Source: Octopus vulgaris (lineage: Eukaryota). Taken from it: a stretch of DNA of 64,000 nt. The notes under the pieces are model-generated. The model ran no database searches. It was not told the origin of the DNA and saw only the letters and a list, made by a program, of their open reading frames with translations. Below, in pieces: positions 1 to 13,935 of the stretch; the first letter of the stretch is position 1; every line of letters begins with the position of its first letter. The translations under genes were made by a program, and so were the position numbers. The stretch covers positions 129,394,001-129,458,000 of the forward strand of contig OX597818.1 of the NCBI GenBank assembly GCA_951406725.2. The letters are read 5' to 3'.

Positions 1-204
1 TGGAAATTTTACCAGTGAGTGTGTTAAATTATAAGGCACAAAAAGAAAATTACTCTCCCCAGACACAACAGACTATAAAAGAAAAAAAACACAAGAAGGA
101 ACAGCACTCATTGATCCCTGTGAAACTGTAAATAGGTCACGTGGGGGGATGTAGCCCACTGTGACAGTGGAAAATTGGTAAAGATGTTAGTGTGTATCTT
201 TCCT

Positions 205-432
205 TCTTTTATCTTTTACTTGTTTTAGTCATTAGACTGTGGCCATGCTGGGGCACTGCTTTGAACAATTTTAGTTGACTGCATCAACCCCAGTACTTAT
301 TAAAAAAAATACTGGTACTTACTCTATCACTTTTTTTGTTGAATTGTTAAGTTCCGGAGATGTAAACACACCAACACCAGTTGAAAAACAGTAGGGGTAG
401 GAGCACAAACATAGTCACAAAGACATACACAC

Positions 433-475
<43 letters not shown>

Positions 476-671
476 GAGAATGGAGAATATATATATATAT
501 ATATATATGATGAGCTTCTTTCAGTTTCCATCTTCCCAATCCATTTAAAAGGCTTTGGTCAGCCTGAGGCTGTAATGGAAGACACTTGCCCAAGGTGTCA
601 TCCTGAGGGACTGAACTCAGAACCATGTGGTTGGGAAGCAAGCTTCTTACCACACAGCTACACCTGCACCT
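205..671 (-). mobile_element. tRNA-derived SINE, family A
   Basis: Reverse complement has a tRNA-like head (GGTGCAGGTGTAGCTGTGTGGTAAG...GAGTTCAGTCCC), the CCTTGGGCAAGTGTCTT motif, a central (TA)n tract and a ...CAAGTAAAAGATAAAA tail. It matches many other copies in the window. Confidence 0.85.
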
Positions 672-1661
672 ACAAAATTTTTCACATTATTTGTTCTATT
701 TGACCTGATTCTCAGCAGATAGAGTTCAAATTGGTGTTTCTTGCTTTCTGGTTTGTGGAGTTGGGGGGTAATAAAAAATAGAAGTACCATTACTGAGCAG
801 TGGACTAGCAGAACTGTCAAGGGGTCAGACAAGATGCTTGGCAGTGTCTGTTCTAGCTTTCTGTGTTCGGACATTAATGCCTGCATCAACACTTGTACAA
901 AGTTGCAGTGGCCCCAGTCAGTGGCCTTTCCTTTGGATAAACAATGTTGATATGAGGGACAAAAGATTCGTATGCATGGGGAACTGCTTGTCTCCTACAC
1001 AAAATCTTACTCAAGCCTGACCAAACATGCAAATGCATGATCAACATTTGACCAACAAGGGCCGCACAAATCACTACTGTATGCAATGAATACTTTATAT
1101 ACTGTTTTGTAAAATGGCAAGTGTTTCATTAACTTACAATGTTGCATTTCAAAACCTATGACAGCTACAATGTCGACCCTTTAAATATGAGTGTTGTCAA
1201 TAAATGATTTGTCAAAACTCAGCTAAGAGATGGAAGTTGTCAAAATGTGATTATAATTCTCCTATTATTTGAAAATAACATAAAAATTAAATTTTAAAGA
1301 ATTAATTTTGTTTGTTATTTTTGTGGCCAGAGTGATGTGCACAAACATTAATTAGCATATAGAAAGGGTTAAAGACGAATGGTCTATGCTATGGTGATTT
1401 GTCTCGCGGATATTACATAAAATGGAGTTTTTAAGAGATGGCTCTCATAATAATGAGTTATGGCGCTCACATATAAATACAAATGACAAATGACAATTAT
1501 GTGTTTGGAAGATTCTAGAAACCATAAACATTTCTCAAGATGTCCTTCATTAGATTATCCATGAAATATACTTGGTAGTATGACATTCTGGCAAAGTTTT
1601 TGTGCTAGTAATGACATACAACAAAAGACCCACATTATTCATTCAGTTAATAATTCATATA

Positions 1662-2157
<496 letters not shown>

Positions 2158-2699
2158 TTCTTTGAGGGTATAAGACTATTTATCAATAAGAAATGACACA
2201 GGCAAATGTTAGAAAACAGGAATCCTGGCATCTGTAAATGCTGCAGAATCATTGTTTCAAAGCCTTTGGTTACTTTTATGCGCATGATTGCTAAGATGTA
2301 CCCTATCCTTAGAAATGAAATACAGGGAGTTTTTGACAGAGAGCTATTTATCTATCTATTTATCTAATGAAATTCGTGAGTCTGGATTAGTTTGTATACC
2401 ATGGGGAGAATCTATGTTCGGTGGAGTTGGGATGGTTGTCTCTTTGTCTGAGAAGGAGAAAAATTGCTTCCTCTATCTCCAAAGAAAGTTGCATCCTGAA
2501 ACATGAGATGCCTCGTCTCCCTATGGCATAAAAACATATCCAAACTTAGGAACTGTCGATCTATTTATTTAGCTGTCTACTGTGGGTGTAAATCTCTATG
2601 GGAGGAGGAAGTATTTGTAAAACTAGATCAGTGGATGGTCGGATGGAAGGATGGGTGGACAGTCAGGAGGACAGAGAGACAGTCATATCAATAGACAAT

Positions 2700-2748
2700 T
2701 AGATATAGATAGATAGAGACAGACAAATAGATAGATAGGTAGACAGAC

Positions 2749-2799
<51 letters not shown>

Positions 2800-2972
2800 C
2801 AGATAGATAGATAAATAGATCGATAGATAGACAGACAAACTGACAGACGGACGGACAGACAGATGGATGGATGAATGGATGGATGGACAGAGGAATAGAT
2901 AGACAGATAGGTGGCTAGATGGATAGAAATATAGGTGGCTAGCTAGCAAGACAGACAGACAGACAGACAGAC

Positions 2973-3043
<71 letters not shown>

Positions 3044-3108
3044 CAGGTGGATAGATGGATGGTTAGATGGAGGGATAGATAGATGGAAATATAGATAAAT
3101 AGATAGAG

Positions 3109-3152
<44 letters not shown>

Positions 3153-3190
3153 GATAAATAGATGGCTGATAGATAGACAGACAGATATGT
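2700..3190. repeat. (GATA/GACA/GATG)n microsatellite; a degenerate form continues at 3506-3830
   Basis: Directly visible. Confidence 0.95.
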
Positions 3191-3504
3191 TTCTTTATTA
3201 GTCACACAGGGCTGCACACAGACAGGACAAATTTCAAGGTAGAGCTTTTCTTTTGGGGGTAAAAAAAAGGGGGTTTGGTTTTCGATCAAAAGGGATCATA
3301 AAAGGAAAGAAAGAGGACAAAAAAGGGGGGGATAAAATAAGATTTAAAAAAAAAGGGGGGGAGGGAAAGGAAAAAAAATTGATCAATAGGGATCGTTATC
3401 ACAGAAATGTCAATATGAAGTGTAAAGGGGAGGACAGGTGAGGTTTACCCGTGGAAAGAAAAGCCTACGGAAAAGACCACGGTAACCTCGGTCAATGAAG
3501 TCAC

Positions 3505-3505
<1 letters not shown>
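3188..3505 (-). mobile_element. Probable non-LTR retroelement 3' UTR fragment inside (GATA)n
   Basis: Non-microsatellite island whose minus strand ends ...TTTGTCCTGTCTGTGTGCAGCCCTGTGTGACTAATAAAGAAAC. This resembles the tail of the SINE at 43954-44190. Confidence 0.5.
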
Positions 3506-3537
<32 letters not shown>

Positions 3538-4370
3538 AACATGGGCATAGAGATGAACGGATTAAAGACAAATTGATAGATAGATAGATCAAGAAATAGA
3601 TGAATAGATAATAGACAAATTGATAGAAACATACATAAATAAATATATAAGTAGATAGCTAGTTAGCTAGAGTGACAGATAGACAGAGAATCAATCAGAC
3701 AGACAGAGAATCAATCAGACAGATAAATAAATAGGTAAATAGATAAGTTGATACTAGACAGACTGACAGACTAACAAATAGATATATATAGATTGGCAGT
3801 AGATGGACAGATAGAGAGATAGAATGACAGGCATTTTTTGAATGCTTTCAATAAAATAGTATGAAATATTTAATAAAATAGTATGAAATATTTAATTGTG
3901 ATAGTGAACTGAGGCTAAACACAAAGGCATAAACAGTAAGCAATTGCAGTATTTGACTTAAACAACATGAGGCAATCAACATGAAGCTGAAGTTAGATTA
4001 TCAATATGAGAGTGAAGTTATGACTTCACTCTCATTATGAAAGTGTAGTACTTGCAGTATTCTTGAGGTACCTCAGAATCTGAGGAGTTATGACAACAAC
4101 AACAACAACAACAACAACAACAGCTGCAGCAGTAGCAGTAGCAGCAGCAATAATAATTGTTTTTAATACAGGTGCAGGCATGGATGAATAGTTAAGAAGC
4201 TCTGTTTGGAACCAAGTGGTTCAGTCTCACTGCACAGCACCTTGGGCAAGCGTCTTCTAATATAGCACTGGGTCAACCAATACAAAAGTCATGTGCAAGA
4301 ATTTGGTAAGTGGAAACTCTGTGGAAGCCTGGTGTGTGTATGTGTGTGTGTGTGCATGTGTGTGTGTGTA

Positions 4371-4401
<31 letters not shown>

Positions 4402-4482
4402 GTATGTATATATATATATATATATATATATGATGATATATATATATATATATATATGATGATATATATATATATATATATA

Positions 4483-4862
4483 TCTCTCTCTATATATAAA
4501 CGGCAGTTTGTCTGTGTGTGTGTCTGTGTGTCTGTTAGGTTGTACCCTCACCCTGACCATGGCTTTCAACCGATTCTGATGAAACTTGACACACACATAG
4601 CCCAATGCCATAATTCAAAACTAACGCAGCGAAAATTTTGAAAAGTTCCCCCAGTTCTGAAAAAGATCGATAAATTCGACATGGGGTCGACAATCAGAAA
4701 CACAAACCACAGATGGTCTAGGGGACGCAACTCGACCTTTTTAACTATCAAAAAAAATTTACCATAATTTTTTTTCCATTTTTTTGCTATTTTTTTGCTA
4801 TAACTCTCTAAAAATGCTTTATAGTTATTTCCTTACAAACCCGAGCAACGCCGGGATACTGC
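4483..4862 (+). mobile_element. Non-autonomous Helitron-like element
   Basis: 5' TC start (TCTCTCTCTATATATAAACGGCAG...GTCTGTGTG) and a 3' GC-rich hairpin CCCG-AGCAACGC-CGGG at 4840-4855. The terminal CTAG is not intact. Confidence 0.6.
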
Positions 4863-4882
4863 ATATATATATATATATATGT

Positions 4883-5141
4883 GTGGAGGCATGTGGTTTA
4901 GTGGTTAGAGTGTCAGCATCACGATCATAAGATTGTGGTTTCGATTCCTGAACCGGGAAGTGCATTGTGTTCTTGAGCAAAACACTTCATTTCATGTTGC
5001 TCTAGTCCACTCAGCTAGCAAAAATGAGTTACGCTGCAATGGACTGGCGTCCCGTCCAGCTGGGGAACACATACGCCATTGAAACTGGGAAACCGTGCCC
5101 ATGAGCCTGGCTAGGCTTCAAAAGGGAGCATTTATTTTATT
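4883..5141 (+). mobile_element. tRNA-derived SINE with V-domain-like core
   Basis: A-box-like TGGTTTAGTGG and B-box-like GTTTCGATTCC. Internal CTGCAATGGACTGGCGTCCCGTCCAG resembles the V-SINE core. (ATTTT)n tail. Confidence 0.7.
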
Positions 5142-5162
5142 TTATATACATATATATATATA

Positions 5163-5597
5163 TGAGCATTGGGCCTCATGGAGGCATAATAGCTGAGTTC
5201 CTTTCGAGCATTGGGCCTGACGGAGGTAAAGTGGCTGAGTTCCTTTTGAGTGTTGGGCTTCATAGAGGCAAAGAGGCTGAGTTCCCTTTGAGTGTTGGGC
5301 CTCACAGAGGCAATGACCAAGACCTTTGACATTATGTCATGCTTGAGAAAACCCATCAAACCGAGCAAAATCACAGTCACGGCAGATACTGGTATCACGC
5401 AAATGGCACCCATGCTGGTGACATGTAAAAGCATCCATAACACTCTTGGAGTGGTTGGCATTAGAAAGGGCATCCAGCCATAGGAAACCATGCAAAATCA
5501 GACTGGAGCCTGGTGCAGCCTTCAAGCATGACAGCCCAGTCAAACAGTCCAACCCATACCAGCATGGACAACAGACGTTAAATGATGATCATCATCA
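5163..5597 (+). mobile_element. Family-C repeat with (GAT)n tail, preceded by ~3.5 copies of a 42-bp unit
   Basis: GAGTGGTTGGCATTAGAAAGGGCATCCAGC...AACCCATACCAGCATGG...GACGTTAAATGATGAT is shared with copies at 10.1, 24.5, 37.4, 41.5 and 52.2-53.0 kb. Confidence 0.75.
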
Positions 5598-5824
5598 TAT
5601 GTCTTTGTGCATGTGTCTTTGTGTCCATGCTTATCATCACCCTCTTCATCACATGGCAACTGGTGTAGGTTTGTTTATGTCTCTGTAACTTAGTGGTTTG
5701 GCAAAAGTGAACTATAGATCAAGTCCAGACTTAAAAAATAAAACCTAAGTAGTGGGATCAAAATGATGCTCCAGCATGGCCTCAATCCAATGTCTGTAAA
5801 AGGTAAAAGATTAAAGTACAAGCA

Positions 5825-6478
5825 TAAAGCCTGAAATTTAGTGCTACTTTGTTTTATAAATCCTTAACGGATGAAAAATAAAGTTGACCTTGGTTGAATT
5901 TGAACTCAGAACATACTGTAGTAGAGGAAATAGCGCACAGCATTTTTTCCGATGCACTAATTAAATACTGCATTGCATTCGGATAGACTCTTTGAAGATT
6001 CTGCTGATCCCTCACCTTGATAACAACAACAACAACAACAGTTTCCAACTTAAGCATGAGGCCAGCAAATTTGAGGTAGTGGGGTAAGTTGATACCACTG
6101 ACCCCAGGGCTTGATTGGTACTTTATTTTATCAACTTCAAAAAGATGAAAAGTGATGTCAACCCTGGTGGTATTTGAACTCAAAACAAAGAAATGGAAGG
6201 AATACTGCAAAGCATTTTATTCTTGCTCCCTTATGATTCTACTAGCTCATTGATAATAACAATCCTTTCTACTATAGGGAAAAGGCTTGAAATTCAGATA
6301 GAGGGAGCTAGTCACTTGCATCAACACCAATGCTCAACTGGTATTTATTTTATCAACCCCAAAAGGATAAAAGGTAAAACCGACCTCAGCAGAATTTGAA
6401 CTCAGAACATGAAGATGGCTGAAATGCTGCTAAGCATTTTGCCTGATGTGATAATGATTTTGCAAGCTTGTTACCTTG
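5825..6478 (-). mobile_element. Three co-oriented family-B (Meta/MESC-like) SINE copies
   Basis: Each reads TTCTGAGTTCAAAT...GGTCGACTTTGCCTTTCATCC...GATAAAATAAGTACCAG-like on the minus strand. They are separated by (AAC/AAT)n. Confidence 0.75.
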
Positions 6479-6480
6479 AC

Positions 6481-7677
<1,197 letters not shown>

Positions 7678-7930
7678 ATTCCTATCATAATAGGTGCATT
7701 AGGCATGATAAAAAAATATTCAGACAAATACATAACAAAAACACCAGGACTTACAAACACATATAACATACAGAAAATTGCACTACTAGGCACTAACACA
7801 TCCTACGCAGAACACTTTCCATACAATAACCATCAGAGCATCACAACAAATAAGCACATAATAAGGCAATAGAGCTGCGCCGGTAGTGAAGTGAAAGCAC
7901 GCTATAAAAATAAAAATAAAACTACTGAAT
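7678..7930 (+). mobile_element. 5'-truncated R4/Dong-clade non-LTR retrotransposon 3' end
   Basis: 7678-7829 translates, with one frameshift, to IPIIIGALGMIKKYSDKYITKTPGLTNTYNIQKIALLGT-HILRRTLSIQ*. This is the typical C-terminus after the restriction-like endonuclease. Flanked by (AAT)n. Confidence 0.75.
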
Positions 7931-7964
7931 AATAATAATAATAATGATAATAATAATAATAATG

Positions 7965-7996
<32 letters not shown>

Positions 7997-8109
7997 CCTA
8001 AAATAAAAATTTTTGTGGAGAGGGTTATATCAATTTCAGTGCTTAACTGATACTTATTTCATTGACCATGAAAGGATGAAATCAAAGTCGCCCATGGCAA
8101 AATAATAAT

Positions 8110-8483
8110 AACAAAAGCACTCAGAGAGTGCAACCCTCCACCAAGGCAACACCAATGTCCTCTCAATGATTAGCCAGAGATGATTTTTAAAATGATATTA
8201 TCTGAAATAAACTCGAATGCTCTCACAAATGAGAATACTAAAAATAATCCCAACCACTCTCAAAAATTATGTAAAAAAACAAAAGGAAAAATAATCCAGA
8301 ATCTTAGTCTGGTACTAGATCGATTCCAAAATCTAATCAGTCCATGCTAGTCATGAGGCCAAACATTCCTGAAAGTTTCATCCAAAATTCATCCAGCGGT
8401 TCTAGAGATATCCATGGACAAACAAACAAACAAACAACATGAATAAAAGCAATACTTCCACCTTCGCTAAGGCGGAGGTAATA
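8110..8483 (-). mobile_element. Helentron-associated non-autonomous element (HINE/DINE-1-like)
   Basis: Minus strand starts TTATTACCTCCGCCTTAGCGAAGGTGGAAG (hairpin/subTIR), has an internal (TTTG)n, and ends GCCTTGGTGGAGG plus hairpin GCACTC-TCT-GAGTGC and TTTT. Confidence 0.6.
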
Positions 8484-8907
8484 ACAGGGGGCTACAGCAA
8501 ATATTCTGCTCAATACCACAGATTTGCTTGTCAGTTGTTTGACCTTCACTAGTTGAGCATGTCCATTAGTGGCTAACAATATATGCATCTCTGATCATGA
8601 GCAGAAGCAGTGGGGGAGCATCATAGCCATGTGTTGAGAGGAATTCTTTGGAGTTTGAATAATTCATCTCTGGAAACATACTTTTGAGCAGGATTGGTTA
8701 CTTGACCTGAAGAAAATTCTAACAGGGCACCACCTGCAAGGTCATGTGGCGCACATGTGGTTGTGATGCATGTGTACCCTGGTGTATCCTTACCAGATGG
8801 ATAGTCATGATGTGTATATCGGGCTTCATATTTTTGTACTCCAGTGTACTTTGATGGCATGCACTGCTCTTTCATTCACTAATAATAATAATAACGATAA
8901 TAATAAT

Positions 8908-9308
8908 AGGAGTGGCTGTGTGGTAAGTAGCTTGTTTACCTACCACATGGTTCCAGGTTCAGTCCCACTGCGTGGCACCTTGAGAAAATGTCTTCTACTA
9001 TAGCTTCGGGCTGACCAAAGCCTTGTGAGTGGATTTGGTAGACGAAACTGAAAGAAGCCCGTCATATATATGTATATATATATATATACATATGCGTGTG
9101 TGTATTTGTATGTCTGTGTTTGTCCCCCTAGCATTGCTTGACAACCGATGCTGGTGTGTTTATGTCCCCATTACTTAGCGGTTCGGCAAAAGAGAGCGAT
9201 AGAATAAGTACTGGGCTTGCAAAAGAATAAGTCCTGTGGTCGAGTTGCTCGATTAAAGGCGGTGCTCCAGCATGGCCGCAGTCAAATGACTGAAACAAGT
9301 AAAAGAGT
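8908..9308 (+). mobile_element. Family-A SINE, near full length
   Basis: Head, central microsatellite and GAAACAAGTAAAAGAG tail are present. Confidence 0.9.
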
Positions 9309-9475
9309 AATAATAATAATAATAATAAAAATTATAATAATAATCCTTTTTATTATAGGCACAAGGCCTGAACTTTTTGTGAGGAGTAGGTTACCTGACT
9401 ATATCAATTCCAGTGCTTAAATTATACTTATTTCATTGACCTTGTAAGGCTGAAAAGCAAAATCATCTATAGCAA

Positions 9476-9760
9476 AATAATAATAATAATAATAATAATG
9501 ATGATGATGATGATGATGATAACAATAATAATAATAATAATTATAATAATAATAATGATAATAATAATTATAATAATGATAATGATAATAATAATAATAA
9601 TGATAATAATAATAATAATAAGGAATATATAATAATAATAATAATAAAAGTAATAATAATAATAATAATAATGATAATAATAATAATGATGATGATGATG
9701 ATGATGATAACAATAATAATAATAATAATTATAATAATAATAATGATAATAATAATTATA

Positions 9761-9809
<49 letters not shown>

Positions 9810-9836
9810 TGATGATGATGATGATGCTGATGATGA
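9476..9836. repeat. (AAT/GAT)n microsatellite
   Basis: Directly visible. Confidence 0.95.
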
Positions 9837-10103
9837 TTTCATTTATTTGCCACGAGGGCAAAGGATGATGGGGATCAATACAAAGACATACATAAAGTGT
9901 GGGGTGTACATATAATGAAATAAAAAAAATATAATGATTTCTTTCATTGACCATAAGGGCTCAAAACATGGAGGACAATACTGAAGGACGAGTTACAGCA
10001 CACAAAAAAAAAACAAAAACAAAAAATACAGAAACAGGTAAGGTTTACATCAATCAAAAGGAGATACTACCACATTAAAGGATGTAACACATAGGATGGT
10101 TAC

Positions 10104-10141
<38 letters not shown>

Positions 10142-11280
10142 CATCATCATCATCATCATCATCATTTAACGTCCGCTTTCCATGCTAGCATGGGTTGGAC
10201 GGTTCAACTGGGGTCTGGGGAGCCCGAAAGCTGCACCAGTCCAGTCAGATCTGGCAGTGTTTCTACAGCTGGATGCCCTTCCTAACGCCAACCACTCTGA
10301 GAGTGTAGTGGGTGATTTTATGTGCCACCGACACAGGTGCCAGACGAGGCTGGCAAACGGCCACGCTCGGATGGTGTTTTTTATGTGCCACCGACACAGG
10401 TGCCAGACGAGGCTGGCAGACGGCCACGCTCGGATGGTGTTTTTATGTGCCACCGACACAGGTGCCAGATGAGGCTGGCAAACGGCCACGATCGGATGGT
10501 GCTTGTTACGTGCCCACAGCACGGAGGCCAGTCGATGCGGTACTGGCTACGGCCACGTTCGGATGGTTTTCTTGTGTGCCACGTGCCACCGGCACTGGTA
10601 CCACAAAGATACAAATTCCATTGATGTTCATCTATTTTGATTTGTTTTGATTTTCACTTGCCTCAACAGGTTTTCACAAGTGTCACAAGAAGGAAGGTAT
10701 GCACAGGTGGACTGACTACGTCCCAGGTAGGGGCCATGGGTTATGGCCTGACTAGTCTTGCCGGGTCTTCGGATGGTGTTTTTATGTGCCACCGACACAG
10801 GTGCTAGATGAGGCTAGCGAACGGCCACGATCGGATGGTGTTTGTCATGTGCCCACAGCACGGAGGCCAGTCGATGCGGTACTGGCTACGGCCACTTTCG
10901 GATGGTTTTCTCTTGTGTGCCACCGGCACTGGTACCACAAAGATACAAATTCCATTGATGTTCATCTATTTTGATTTGTTTTGATTTGATTTTGATTTTC
11001 ACTTGCCTCAACAGGCCTTCACAAGTATCACAAGGAGGAAGGTATGCACAGGTGGACTGACTACGTCCCAGGTAGGGGCCATGGTTTATGGCCTGACTAG
11101 TCTTGCCGGGTCTTCGGATGGTGTTTTTATGTGCCACCGACACAGGTGCTAGATGAGGCTGGCGAACGGCCACGATTGGATGGTGTTTGTTGTGCCCACA
11201 GCACGATGGCCAGTGATGCGGTACTGACTACGGCCATGTTCGGATGGATTCTTGTGTGCCACCGGCACTGGTACTACAAG
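10142..11280 (-). mobile_element. Family-C element with ~64-bp internal units and a ~340-bp tandem triplication
   Basis: (CAT)n tail at the left end. TGTGCCACCGACACAGGTGC units recur, and GATGCGGTACTG(G/A)CTACGGCCA recurs at ~10534, ~10873 and ~11215. Confidence 0.8.
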
Positions 11281-11408
11281 CGGTAATAATAATAATAATA
11301 ATAATCATCATCATCATCATCATCATCGTTTAATGTCCGTTCTCCATGCTAGCATGGGTTGGACGGTTCGACCGGGGATCTGGGAAGCCAGAAGGCTGCA
11401 CCAGGCTC

Positions 11409-11442
<34 letters not shown>

Positions 11443-11740
11443 GGAATGATCAAGAAGGGAACCGAAAATTATATGAGAATGATCCCTGGCTTACCATCCC
11501 TGCAAGAAGTGCAAAAGATTGTCTTAACTGGTACATCACACGTATTGAGAAGAGCATTGTCGATGTGAGAACTATTACTACCCATGTATTTTGATTTAAC
11601 TTAAAAAAAAAATTAACGAACTATTGAGTTTAGTTTAATGGCCTACCAATGTATACTATGAATTTCTTTGCCCTAGGAGTCGGGAAGACACTCGGCAAGA
11701 AATGGAAGCAAATTTGAAAGGAAAAAAAAAAAAAAAATAA
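11443..11740 (+). mobile_element. Second R4/Dong-clade 3' fragment
   Basis: 11443-11568 encodes GMIKKGTENYMRMIPGLPSLQEVQKIVLTGTSHVLRRALSM*, homologous to the 7678 peptide. It begins in (AAT)n and ends in poly-A/(TAA)n. Confidence 0.75.
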
Positions 11741-12191
11741 TAATCCTTTTTTACTATTGTTAAAAGAGCAATAGTTGAGAAGGACATTAAAGGACTATTT
11801 ACAAAGATAGTGGGTGGGAGGGTTTCTGTATCAAGTATGAGAAAACAGGCGCAGAAAACAACAGTACTGAAAATAAGAGAAAACAAATGTGTTCTGTTAG
11901 TATGGCAACAATCTAGAGCCAAGTGGAAAACTGCACAAATTCTGGATCATTATAAATGCCAAGGGCAAATGCTGTCAGTTGGCTATGTTCTCCAGCCCAC
12001 AGGCACGTGTAAAGAGTGGGCATTCACATGGGCCATATTTGCAGCCCCACACCTACTCACACCCATCTTTCAGCAACAATTACACTGGAGGCAATACCCC
12101 TCATCTCCACCCTTTATATTTTTCACCCAAGTGGTACTTGAAGAAATTGATGAGCAATGGTAATAATCAACAACAACAAAATAATAATAAC

Positions 12192-12250
<59 letters not shown>

Positions 12251-12834
12251 TAAATAAATAAATAAAAAATTAATAATGACAAAAAAATTTTTTTTTTTTT
12301 GTTGCTAAAACTTAAGCATGAACTCTGAGATTTGTATGTGCGGAAAGACGGTAGTGGTGGTGGTGGTAGTGGTGGTGGTGGTGAGGGGTCAGTGGGTGGG
12401 ATGGATGTATGCAGTTATGATTACGTTGTTGTCGTCGATGACAATAATACCGTAATGAAGACAAGGACTATAGCAAATTGTAATAACAATGACGATAACA
12501 ATTATAATGAAGTTAATACTGACAACAACATAGAAATTGTTCGATGACGACAAGCCACAATGAAGAAGAGGAAAGCAATGATGACACGAAAAATGTAAAA
12601 AAAAAAAATATGAAGAGAACAATGAAAAACAACAACAACAACAACAACAATAACAATAACCTTGTCATAGTATAATAATGTATGGCCTATTTTGTTTTGT
12701 TTTTTTTTTGTATTTTTGTTTGGAGTGTCAATTGCTCTTTTGTTGACACCATTTAACATCTTGAAGGCATCAGCGAGATTCTTTGGTGATGGAAAGATTT
12801 TGGCATAGGAACATAATGGAGCTTCTTGTACTTG

Positions 12835-12850
12835 TGTCTCTGTATGTGTA

Positions 12851-12892
<42 letters not shown>

Positions 12893-13935
12893 CTGGTATG
12901 TGGTTGTGTATGAGAGCCTGTGTAGGTGAGTTTAGGTGTGTATGTGTGTGTATGCATGTGTGTGTGAATGCATGTTTGTGTATTTTGTGTGTGTATATGT
13001 GCAGGTATGTGTTTGTGTATGAGAGCCTGTGTAGGTGAGTTTAGGTGTGTGTGTGTGTATGCATGTATGTATACATGTTTGTGTGTCTATGTGTGTGTAT
13101 GTACAAGTGTCTGCATAGTTGAGTTTAGGTGTGTGTGTGTGTGAATGCATGTATGTGTATGTGTGTGTCTATTTGTGTGTGTATATGTGTAGGTATGTGT
13201 TTGTGTATGAGAGCTTGTGTAGGTGAATTTAGGTGTATGTAAACATGCTTGTGTGTGTATGTGTGTATATGTACAAGTGTCTGCATAGTTGAGTTTAGGT
13301 GTGTGCGTGTTTGTGTAAGCATGTGTGTGTGTGAATGCATGTATGTGTATGTGTATGTGTGTGTATATTGCAGGTATGTGTTTGTGTATGAGTGTCTGTG
13401 TACATGAGTTTAGGTGTGTGTGTGTATGCATGTATGTATACATGTTTGAATATTTGTCTATGTGTGTATATGTACAAGTGTCTGCATAGTTGAGTTTAGG
13501 TGTGTGCGTGTTTGTGTATGCATGTGTAATGCATGTATATTTATGTGCATGTGTGTGTCTATTTGTGTGTGTATATGTGCAGGTATGTGTTTGTGTATGA
13601 GTGTTTGTGTAGGTGAGTTTAGGTGTGGGTGTGTATATGTTTGTGTGTGAGAGTATGTATGTATGTATACATATTTGTGTGTGGATATGTACAAGTATCT
13701 GCACAGTGGAGTTTAGGTGTGTGTGTGTATGTGTGTATGCATGTGTATGTGTGAATGCATGTATGCATATGTGTGTGTGTCTATCTGTGTGTGTATATGT
13801 GTAGGTATGTGTTTGTGTATGAGTGTTTTATATGGATAAGTTTAGTTGTGTGTATGTGTGAATACATGCATGTATATATATTTCTATGTGTGTCTGTGTG
13901 TGTGTCTGTTTATGTGTGTGTGTATATGCACAGGT
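12835..13935. repeat. GT-rich composite minisatellite
   Basis: Recurrent GAGTTTAGGTGTG anchor preceded alternately by GCAGGTATGTGTTTGTGTATGAG.. or GTACAAGTGTCTGCATAGTT. Confidence 0.8.

Larger units (their letters stand above)
4171..5812 (+). mobile_element. Old family-A SINE split by nested insertions (head 4171-4330, tail ~5600-5812)
   Basis: Head GGTGCAGGCATGG...CACCTTGGGCAAGCGTCTTC. The 3' half ...GTAACTTAGTGGTTTGGCAAAAG...GCTCCAGCATGGCC...GGTAAAAGAT resumes after ~1.1 kb of other elements. Confidence 0.65.

Noticed and set aside
741-1130. Cys-rich piggyBac transposase remnant
   Set aside because: No consistent frame, and 920-1020 is better explained as a decayed copy of the 59100-59444 SINE body.
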